From the NCBI GenBank assembly GCA_000320545.1, contig ADNK01001892.1, forward strand, positions 15,730 to 79,729: a stretch of 64,000 bases of DNA, in the 5' to 3' direction. Below are positions 14,062 to 24,430 of this stretch, piece by piece (within the stretch, counting starts at the first letter, position 1; each line of letters begins with the position of its first letter). A program made the position numbers and the translations under genes. The notes beneath the pieces are model-generated. The model made no database searches. It saw only the letters and a list, made by a program, of their open reading frames with translations, and had not been told where the DNA came from. The stretch comes from Bigelowiella natans CCMP2755 (taxonomy: Eukaryota; Protista; Cercozoa).

Positions 14062-14873
14062 CGAGGAGGTATTACGTGAAAAGACGGAGAGAGAAGCAAA
14101 ACAAGATAGAAACGGTTTGATTCTATCCTTTCTTCTCATACACTACTACAACTACTACTACTACTACTACTACTACAACAACTACATATTTGTTATCAAT
14201 TCCCTTGTTCTAAAAAACTTCCCATTATTACTCCTCCCCCCCCCTCCTCCTTCTTTCTCCTACTACTACTACTACTACTACTACTATACTATTAGTAAAG
14301 TAGCGACCTTCACGACAGCGCCATTTCCTGCAAAGAGAGCTGTTGCTACGTGGCTAAGGACGTTATGAAAAGGATAGTTCCAAGGAACGATGATGCCTAT
14401 CACCCCCATTGGGTACCATTCTACGCGTGCAGACTGCCATGCCACACACACATATATATATGTATGATAAAAATCAGTATATTGTAACAATGATAGAATA
14501 GACGGCGATGAGTGAGCAAGGTTAAGCAGATGATTAGAAGCAATAGTATTCTATTCTCCACTTGACCATTATTATCTCCTGATTTTCTTCACCATATTCT
14601 CTGTCTCACACTACAACTACTACAACCTCCATCATCATCAGCAACCGCTACTACGAGTACGTACGTACTACTACTACTACTACTACTACCTTGGTAAATG
14701 CGAGAAGAAGGGGAACATCACGGTTCTAAGATTTAAAAATGATAATGCATGTTATTACTTACACAGTTAACAACTTATCAGTCAGCATTCATTGCTTTTC
14801 TGTTGTAGAGAATTGCTTCTTATAGTGAAAGAATTGCCGAAAGAGCAAGTAGCTGTAATTATTATTTTCAAGT

Positions 14874-14908
<35 letters not shown>

Positions 14909-15534
14909 AGGAGCAGTAGCAGCAGCAGCAGCAGCAGCACTGGGTTATTGTTACATTCTTCCTCATCCACTGGTGGGGGAGGAGGAGGAGGGGATCTGGT
15001 ATCGTTACATATTCGTCGTTGATTGTTCTATAATATTAGTACTACCTCAGGTTGTAGGCACTGCTCTCCTTTAGCAACAAGCCATCTTAGCTTTTCAAGT
15101 GTAGTCATGACCTGATAAGTGGTGGCCATGGCAACGACGACGATGATGATGAGGGGGAGGAGGAGGAGGAGGAGGAGGAAGAGGAAGACACACACTAATC
15201 GTGTATGTCCTGTATTTCCAAAGATAACGTTTTATGTTGATCTAAAATAGAATTTCATCACCAGACTTACTTTCTTCTGTGCTGCATGATCAATCATATG
15301 ACCATACTAACTACTACTACTACCTCGCCCAATGAAGCTTCTGCCATTGTCTTCCCTGTTTCCTCGCAACTCTTTCTTGCGATTAACTCCTACCGAAGAA
15401 CCACCCACCACCAGCAGAACAACAACAACAACAACAACAATGCTAAATTTACACCGACTTTCATTTCTCGTTGCCACCATTGAACCCCTCTCATTTCTCT
15501 TCTATCTTTTCTCCTCCCGCTGTGACTGGTATCG

Positions 15535-15568
<34 letters not shown>

Positions 15569-16569
15569 GCTACTACTATCGCCACAGCATCATCTGGTGT
15601 GATTTTCAGAGTAGTACTTGATTGTCCAGAATCCAGTCCAAAATATCCATCATAAGTGCTTTCCTCTCAGTAAAGTCGGTTTGGGACCTATACATATCGT
15701 GTTTTATCAGTAGTAGGTAACGAGATAGTTACTGCGATTAAACGACGCAACTCAAATATCTACGATTAACGATGTAATTTCAATTATGTACTAGATAACA
15801 AAAAACAGCACTATTAGTAAACTGAACGCAGATTAGTTTCTTTTGTGTTTTGAATGTTTTTGGTGTAATCTGACGATACCAATCTTTAGCTGCTTGACTG
15901 GCACGAAGACGAGCATTCTTCACTTCTTCAGGAGTATATGCTTTCGCACCTGGTTGGCAAAGACGACATTGAAATGGCGGCTATTTTCAGAATTTTGGGA
16001 TATAATGATTTTAAAGTAATGATAGGGGGGGGGGGCAACAATTGTTTTGAAACCAAAAATCTACGCAGTTGTGGCCAAAGCAGCACAATACTACCAGGTA
16101 GCTCTTCCCCAGTGGCAGGATTTCGGCATGGGATATCCTTTCCTGATGATAATTATGTCCAATAAGAAGAGGGAAAAGAAGAAGAAGAAGAAGAGGACGA
16201 CGACGAAGAAGAAGAAGAAGAAGAAGAAGAAGAAGATGATGATGATAATTATGACGATTCTATGATGGTGGTCAGTGTGGTAGAGATCATAGACTTCTGA
16301 TTATTACCAGATCCTCGGACACATTCCCTCTTGTAGTCTCCTCCTTTCCATTTTGGGCGGGATGGAGCTCTTCTCGCCGTGAATAAAATGGGTGTAATCC
16401 AGAAATATGTTAAATATCCAATGAGAAGTCCAAGCAGCAGCTGATTGATGACAACGTGTATCATTGTTCTATCAATGGAACTCAGTAGAAAACGCAAAAA
16501 TATAGTAAAATTTACCGTCTGCATGCTTATGCCCAGATAGGATGCAACGATTGCGATTAGACCGAGCAT
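8667..16569 (-). CDS. ALDH22: Aldehyde dehydrogenase of the ALDH22/MSC7 type with N-terminal membrane anchor; about 27 micro-exons
   Basis: Spliced exons give [56 protein letters not shown] (12711-12803), catalytic GQNCISAER (12390-12522), [34 protein letters not shown] and [16 protein letters not shown]. Stop at 8667-8669. One short exon near 12.2 kb was not resolved. Confidence 0.92.
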
Positions 16570-17052
16570 TATGGTGTAAAAATTCCTTCAAACAATGTGC
16601 GACTGGGGCGGAAGGGGCGACGTGTCGGATCAGTTGTTTATTGTTCCAGATGATACCGGAGTTTGTGGACCAAATGCAAGAGAAATGGCATCTATTTGTG
16701 CCCCTACGACATGAAAAAAATCAGGAATACCTAATACTAAGATACAACGACGCTGCTACTAGATCTACTACGTCTAAATCTAGATTTTTGAAACATGTGA
16801 TGGCGATGAAATCAGTTGAATTTTTCATAAAACATCGGTTTGATTGCAATATTTGAATGAAGTATGGTACACATCTATTTTTAGAAACAATTTAATCACA
16901 AGATATTTTTTCACAGAAAACGCAAAATATGCGATGACGTTATAAGAAAAAAGGTGTATTTTCGAATCTTTTACTTTAAACACAACCGCCAAAATCTTAA
17001 TTCTGTTGTAAGATAATATCGTTACACCTTGATCCACCCCTCCACGACCATC

Positions 17053-17803
17053 ATGTCCACACTCTCTCCACAGGAAGCTGAAATTAAAGCAGTGAAGCAG
17101 TCTGAACTTCCAGGTGTCAGCTCCAAATTATAGTTTTCTGCTTCTACCATTTATTATTATTGCAAAACAGATTTAGAGGCTGACAAAGAGCCAGTACTCC
17201 TGGGAGGTCGTACACTTGTTGACTGAAATTTGGACCAAAAGATGATTTAAATGTGACGACAGGCGAGGAGGGAGAAGAAGAGGAGAACCAAGGAAAGTGC
17301 TACTTCTGCTACACCAAGGGACCATGTGGATGTATCTTCATGACATTCTTCATGATTCTTGGTATCATTTGTGCTTTATTGTGAATGAAGTTGCACTTGT
17401 CCATGACCCAATTGGTTATAGACCTAAGAAATACACACTGATAGGTCTCTTCTGCTGGGCCATTGGTTTCGTCTTCCGAGGCGCCGTTTGCATCATCACA
17501 TGCCCTTGTCCTGGTGAGTACGTGTAGCGCAGACAAAAGGAACATCACGGCAACAACCAACACTTAACCCATGGTCATACGACACTGCTTGTTGATTTAC
17601 ACATTTTCTCGCTGCAATTTGTGCTCTCAGGTTCTACCATCTGTAATTGCTGCGCCGATCTTGCCTCCTGGTAGTGTTCTACGAGTTTATGCGTTTCATG
17701 AATCACTTTTTTGCAGAAGCTGATTGTGTGTGCCCATTTTCGTAGGATGATATCCATTCCAGCAAAGATGGGAAAGTGCATTGCTGGAGCCTGTCCTTGT
17801 TAG
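17053..17803 (+). CDS. Small Cys-rich membrane protein (about 120 aa), TAXIMIN-like; 6 exons
   Basis: Exons 17053-17113, 17171-17206, 17263-17361, 17445-17513, 17631-17670 and 17746-17803 join in phase with GT-AG introns of 56-117 nt. Product: MSTLSPQEAE...KGPCGCIFMTFFMILGLFCWAIGFVFRGAVCIITCPCPGSTICNCCADLASWMISIPAKMGKCIAGACPC*. Confidence 0.8.
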
Positions 17804-18241
17804 GAAATGGTGGTGCTGCAGTGGGTGATTACATTTTCAAATCAATTGCTGAGAAAGACTAATTGGCGACATTTTGACTAGTTGAGTGCAGCACGCATTG
17901 GCATTCTCAATCATTCCCGTGCGTCCTCTCCTTGGACCACATCTAGCAGATGTCAACTTAAAATATGATTCATCCATTGATGCAATGATCTTCGCGTTTC
18001 ATTGTTCATCACCATGATCACTTCTAGACTTTCATGTCTAGGACTAGAGCAGATGTGCGCACATCTAGATGTAGATGCACTATAGCTCTATAGAGCGCAC
18101 GGTGTCTATCTGCATACATATGTGTGCCGACATATACATCGATAGAGTGGTTGAGCTTATGATTTCTGTATGGCGCTCGAACACCGAACTGCCAAATTTG
18201 GCACCGAATCTCATCGTTATAGCGTAGATTGTAGCATCGTA

Positions 18242-20300
18242 GGCAGCAGTCTGTGAAGTTGTTTCATTGATCGATGCATGGCATCGCAAGCGCAGCTAGG
18301 GTGCACGGCACGCACGTCATTGGTGCAATGCGAGATCGATTTCAAGCCTTGCATGACCAATCTAGCAATGCTCCAAGCGCTGTCCGCCAGCTGTGCACGT
18401 TCAGCGAACAAGATGTTGTTGATGTCGCCCATGCGCTCGCCTGCTGGCAATGAATGTCCATCTGGAACAAACTGTGAACACAGTGTGCATTGTGGCGCAC
18501 GCCAGCACGGCGCCACGATGCAGTTTGCCGCCCGACCACGACGAGCCCCCTGTTGGCCTGTGCTGGCCCGACAAGCTAGCAAGGCCGCATGCAAAAGTGC
18601 ACACGTGCAGCGTTGGACACGGCCAAGTGGCGCTCAGCGTGTCGCGACATGGCAAAGTGAAAAGCTCACTCACTTTGCGGAAGTCTCTCAGGAGTTTCGC
18701 GCATCGCGACATGGCTAGATGGCAGCGTGAAAAGCCATGTCGCGACATGGCAAAGTGAAAAGCCATGCGTCGTCGCACCTGCAACAACGATTCAGACACA
18801 ACTCATCAGAACTCAAAAGTCCAAGTGACACATTGAGATCAGAACTCAACTGCACAAGCAAGCAACCAAGCAACCAAGCACACTCAGAACTCAAACGACC
18901 AAGTGACATCAGAACTCAAACGTTCAAGTGACAAAGCAACTCAAGAACCAAGCAACAATGCAACTCAACGACTCATGCGGCTTCAGTTCTCAACACGAGA
19001 CCGCATTGCACCACGCCCAATGCTGCAACAATCGACAGCTGCACTCGATGCAGAACGAATCGGTTGCATGCGAGGGCGCACATTGCTGCAACAATCGACA
19101 GCCTGCACGTGACGCAGAACGAATCGGTTGCATGCAACAGTGCGTGTGCGTCTCAACTTCAACCCTGCGACACGCGTGCTTCTGCACACGCGCGCAGCAC
19201 CTCAGATCCATCACCGCGGCACGCTGACCGATCAGCGTCACCCATTCCGAAGCACGCAGCTTGCCTTGACGAAGAGTTCAAGGACAACAGCCCGGCTGCG
19301 GCCGTTCTGCATGCGAATGGTTTCAATGCCGCGTCGCATCATCGCACTGCGCCTGCTGCCATGCAGGCTGAGCAAGTTCAGACAATCAACAAGGACACTG
19401 ACAGCATGCCAACTCCCACGCAAGCGATGAATGCACAAACCGAAGGCGCGACAGCACGATGCATGTGATGATGTGCACAACGCATGTGACATGCACGTGT
19501 GCACGTGCGTGTGTCTGTTGTGTGATCGAACAAGGCGTTTCAATTGTGCAAATTGCACACTTGCACGATGCATGTGTGCACACATTCGATCATGCAAGAC
19601 ATCGATCCACCGCACATGCATGCTTTCACATTTTCGATGTTGTCGCACGCAAAAACTCGGTGATTTTCAAATGCATGCATGCATGAGCTTGGCTTGAACT
19701 TGACGCTCAGACGCCTGTCAGTCCACAGCTCAGACGAGTGCAGATGCAATGCGTGGTGGTGTGTGGACAACGCAACACTCCGGACACGTCACATTGCACC
19801 ATCCATGCAGCCATCCACACTGTGTGCCATTCAGCACAGCTAGCCATGCGTGCTGTGATTGTGATGGTGGCATGTGCCATCTTCATTTGACCGTGCGTGC
19901 TGCGCGCGCATGCAGGCGCGTTCCCCACCACTAGACCCTGACATCGATGGCTGAAACATCATGAACCAACAGATTCATGCAACGCATCAGCCCTGTAGCC
20001 GCTGCCATGCTGCACCACATGGTGCATTGCACAGCTACATGTGAGGATCACAATTGCGAACAAATTTAATTGATTGAGCGCGTCCGTCTCACCCTGACGG
20101 TGTTTGATTTGTCGATCCGAATTCACATTTGTCGCACACGCATGTGCAAGGTCACACATGTGCTCGCTATCGGTTAGCACATATTCAAGCATGAAATGTC
20201 CAAGCGCACTCAGCACTGCAGCCGGAGCGCACTCCACAACTTGTCACACCCATATCGCACGCGAAATTGCAACTCGCAATGAGCTTCCGATGGCGTCGCA
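18242..20300. mobile_element. TpA-depleted island 2; degenerate repetitive element of undetermined class
   Basis: Only six TA in 18242-19995, all in CTAG. Internal short direct repeats at 18640-18930 and 19020-19135. Shares 255 bp with island 1. No transposase or RT motif recognised. Confidence 0.6.
19198..19453 (-). repeat. Inverted dispersed copy of 7750-8004
   Basis: Manual alignment over about 255 bp shows 4 substitutions (all A/G) and one 1-bp indel, about 98% identity. Confidence 0.95.
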
Positions 20301-20845
20301 CAGCGTTGACATCTGGGTCTGGAATTGAATCATGTGCTCATTGGCGCAATGCAATAATGGAAATGTGGCAAACACACTGCTGTGTTTTAAGCGAGGCAAT
20401 CCTTTTTTAACTCTTCAGCAAAACCAAAAATCTCAACAAATTGTAGTGCACGACAAACAGTATATACAGAGAGACCCATCAACATGCATGTGGATCAAAG
20501 ATGGCGTACATTGCTGTGTCTCTATGGCATTTGTTTTATATGCAGTTTCGCACACGTGTGAGAATGCAGGACATGCGAGGCACTTTAGAACACTTGATCT
20601 CGAGTTCATTACAGATATAGAGACCCAATCACTTGATGCATACTTTGCAATATGTGCACAATATGGGGCTCTAGTTGACATCTGCAAAGTACGAAATGCA
20701 GTGTCTCGAGCTGAGAGCAGCGAGGGTTGACTGGACGAACCAGCACGATTTGAAAATTTGTGAAAAGGAACAAGCTGGCGCAGCGGCATGACTCGAGCTG
20801 ACTGAAATGAACCACACATTCGCCACAACCTTCGACTTCCTTGCT

Positions 20846-22700
20846 TCAGATTTTTCTTTGATCGGAAGAAAGCTGAGATGTCCAGCAGATTGTTTGATTC
20901 ACAGCAGCAATGTCAGAACAGCTGCGATTATTCCAAAGTTGATTCAGTTCCATGTCCTTCGGAATGTTATGACTCCTATTTGCAAGGCTACTGCCCCTTG
21001 AAGTTTTCTTACCAACAGAGGAGAAAATCTCGGGGGGGTCAGAGCTGCTACTTGCTATTTGTTTCTGGAGTTTCTTTAGCGTTGACTGAATTTGAGAGAT
21101 GTATTCTCGATTTGCTTCCGGACTGATGCCTTTGACCATGATACGTCCCACACGTTCGGTTTCATTTCCATTACTGCTTAGCCCTTTTTTCTCGCGACTC
21201 CGTTCTTCCTTATCTTCTTTTGGCGCACAAACCACACGGTGAGAACAATAATAATAATAGGAGAAGCATCCTCAAACCGCTGACAATTCCTCCAATGAGA
21301 CCAAAAACAATGTAACCAAGATAGAAAGTCCATCTCTTCGCTGCGTTTCAAAGTAGGTGCATTGTAAGGATTACAGGCGGAAAAGTAGTCCTCAAACGAC
21401 GTGTTGGAATCTGTTTTCATGATGCATCATCCATCTTTGAGCCCCGAATAAATGTCTGTAAATTGGGTTGACTCATCTTTCGACGAAATGAATTATTATC
21501 AGCAAATGTCTGTAAATTGGGTTGACTCATCTTTCGACGAAATGAATTATTATCAGCAAATGTCTGTAAATTGGGTTGACTCATCTTTCGACGAAATGAA
21601 TTATTATCAGCAAATGTCTGTAAATTGGGTTGACTCATCTTTCGACGAAATGAATTATTATCAGCAAATGTCTGTAAATTGGGTTGACTCATCTTTCGAC
21701 GAAATGAATTATTATCAGCAAATGTCTGTAAATTGGGTTGACTCATCTTTCGACGAAATGAATTATTATCAGCATATCCCATCCAATTCCAGAAAGAAGC
21801 TTCCGAAATTAGTGCCAGTGTTGGAAAATTATAAAGTATTTGCAGCGTGGAACAGTAGTAAGATCAGAATACTCAAGCCTAGAGAGTTCTAGGCCCACTC
21901 GAATCTAAGTATTGCTCACATGAATATTGCATCGTAGTCCTCCTGACATGTTCTGTTCCTAAAATGATGAAAGTAACACTTCATATTTGCATCGGTAGCC
22001 AGGCCTGGGGGCCTCCAATCATTTTGCGTACAGCTGAAGAGGAAATCAAGTGTAGGATCATAAAAGTAATCTCGATAGGGGAAAAACCGTAAAATTAGGC
22101 AATCCGATGACGAATGAGTGTTTAGCCCAAGAGTCTTCATAAGATGTTGGGACTGCTTGCACGTCGATAGTATAATTGACTCGTTCATCCATTTTGGCAA
22201 ATACCACACCCATGTCATAAACGAGCTGAATAACGAGCTGAATATCGATTTCTATTCCCGTTTCTAAATCGTTAGCCTTTCCCAGCATCATAATCCTCCT
22301 TTGTAAGTTTGACCTGCTTTGCAACACAAGTTCACTACTATCGTATAGATATATAGACCCCTAAGAACCGAGCGAAAGGAGGTTTCATCATCCCATCTAT
22401 TTGAGATTATTTTTGACTTGACTATCGGCCAACCCATCAGTATTTCCTCACAAATTAAGTCTTCGGTAAAATTCATAGCCTCCAATTTGGACTTGTCAAT
22501 AACTGTTGAGGATTCTTTCCAGAATCAAAGAGCGAACCGACTTTAGAAATCCCAGGTTGGCGGACGACGATCGTGAAGGCGACCATTTTAAGAGCATAAT
22601 AAACGGCTTAGCCGACGACAATAACGATTGCAAGGAAACTAAACACGATCGTCATTATCGATCCATGTCGGACATTAGAGATTTTTTCGCTCCTTGATTT
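20846..22700 (-). pseudogene. Interrupted ORF fragments; possible pseudogene of a type II membrane protein
   Basis: Protein-like fragments in shifting frames: MCFPKSR..IMTIVFSFLAIVIVVG*, LEAMNFTEDLICEEILMGW, FWNWMGYADNNS, DFLSWLHCFWSHW. In-frame stops are present and I found no consistent GT-AG structure. Confidence 0.3.
21450..21773. repeat. Perfect tandem repeat, 6 x 54 bp
   Basis: Unit AAATGTCTGTAAATTGGGTTGACTCATCTTTCGACGAAATGAATTATTATCAGC starts at 21450, 21504, 21558, 21612, 21666 and 21720. Confidence 0.97.
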
Positions 22701-22741
22701 TGGGAAACACATTCGAATTAACGAAGATAGGACTATAGCTT

Positions 22742-22791
<50 letters not shown>

Positions 22792-22897
22792 CCTGGGGGA
22801 TGGAGGATGAGACAGAACCAGCTACTTATAGGAGGAGTAGGTACTCATAAGAGTATACCGAGGGTAATTAAGAGATATTAAAAAATGGAAAAATAGG

Positions 22898-23109
22898 TTT
22901 AAATTGTTGTCGCAGGTACAAAATCCCTCTGGTTTTTGCGAAAGTTGTTCCCCATTGTTGTCGCAGGAACGATATCCCTTATGTTTTTTGCGGAAGTTGA
23001 TCCCTATTGTTATCGCAGGAACGATATCCCTTATGTTTTTTGCGGAAGTTGATCCCTATTGTTGTCGCAGGAACGATATCCCTTATGTTTTTTGCGGAAG
23101 TTGATCCCT
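22898..23109. repeat. Minisatellite, about 4 x 52 bp, upstream of the dolichol kinase start
   Basis: Unit CCCTATTGTTGTCGCAGGAACGATATCCCTTATGTTTTTTGCGGAAGTTGAT at 22950, 23002 and 23054, plus a diverged copy at about 22898. Confidence 0.93.
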
Positions 23110-23275
23110 TTTTTCATTCTTCATCACCTGTGAGTCATCAGACATCGGCAATGTTTCACTGAGATGAAAGGGGGGCGGGGGTGAAGGAAAGAATGAACGA
23201 AATGTCCCCAATCAGCTAGCAACAGTAGTTGTAAAAGGGGGAGGTTAAGGTAGAAGAGCCTTGTGTTCGTATCAA

Positions 23276-24387
23276 ATGAAAACTAGAGGAAGAAGACTCC
23301 TCAAAGCAGCGGAAAGGATCATCGTCTTGACGACTGCAGCAGTGGTAATGACACTTCATTGAAATTTAATGTGATCTTCTTCCAAAGCAACATCAAACTC
23401 TAAGTTGCATCCGATGAATGGTTGACACCAGATATCCGGGAGGCTATGGCAAAGAGGCTTGTGTGGCTTATGTTTCGCTATTATAGTCGTCGGGTCTCTC
23501 GGTAAGAAATAAGTACAAGTACACTCGAAGGAAGAAGGGTGTTGGTCAACTGAAACGATGTTATGTGTGGTGGTGGGTCCTACCAGGTTTAATAGCAGAG
23601 GAAGGAGAAGACTGTTTCAAAAATAGCAGCGATTATGAGGAACAAATTCGGATGAATTATCGACCAAAAGCATGTAAGTAATAATCCATTGAATGAAAGT
23701 GGATGCCAATCAGAAGAAGTTGAATATTGTGAATGTTTTATTTGGATTTGCTATATGTATATTTTCACAACAAACAGCTACTGGCATAACCATTTCCCAG
23801 ATGGCTCTCATCCTTCCAACCTGGTATTAAGTAAACAGCGATCGATGTCGTAGTATCCCCTAATAGGATAGAATGGCTAGATAAGGGAGGAGGGCTGCTT
23901 CCCCTATTGTGCGCTCTCTCAAGTTTTGCTACAATGGAAAAATCGTGTCCGCATGCTTGATTGCGTCGTCGGTGAACCTAATTTTTGTTCTGTTGATCGA
24001 GAAATGATTCTTGAGCGGGTCAGTTCTACTGACACACACTGCTATTATTATTATTGGCATGATTATCACGATATGTCCGGTGTTAGCCTTATTGTGCTGG
24101 TTCATGGGGGACAAACGACTTCAGCTGCCTACATACCAGCTCAGGCTCTTATTTTGACAACAATGTACTTTTGTTAGTGCCTCTTCAAGTTATTCATTGT
24201 AGTAGTTTCACAATAACAACTAGCGTATCGTTATTATGAGTAGTTTCTTTAGGTCGAATCGCTTCCTATAGCATATCGTTATCATGAGTATATTTTTTAG
24301 GTTGAATCGCTTCCTGTATTGGGCTCCAAGCTGGCGTTTATACGTCCTAGTCTCATCTTTCATGATTTGCTTAATTGGTAATAATTG

Positions 24388-24430
<43 letters not shown>

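Larger units (their letters stand above)
947..16250. repeat. Dense microsatellites ((TAG)n, (CAT)n, (AT)n, (GT)n, (AG)n, (AAG)n) filling the introns of WDR7 and ALDH22; similar throughout 22.7-59.5 kb
   Basis: Directly visible runs, e.g. (TG)n 969-996, (AG)n about 3779-3818, (GAT)n about 9760-9800, (AT)n about 13047-13080. Confidence 0.95.

Noticed and set aside
17040-17800. Minus-strand hAT-transposase-like fragments (KIGAAITDG)
   Set aside because: These are the antisense of the cleanly spliced plus-strand Cys-rich gene.
21178-22620. Possible TAA read-through or alternative genetic code (two in-frame GGC TAA GC)
   Set aside because: CaMK1, SDR, DOLK and the TAXIMIN-like gene have no internal TAA/TAG and end at TAA or TAG, so the standard code applies.
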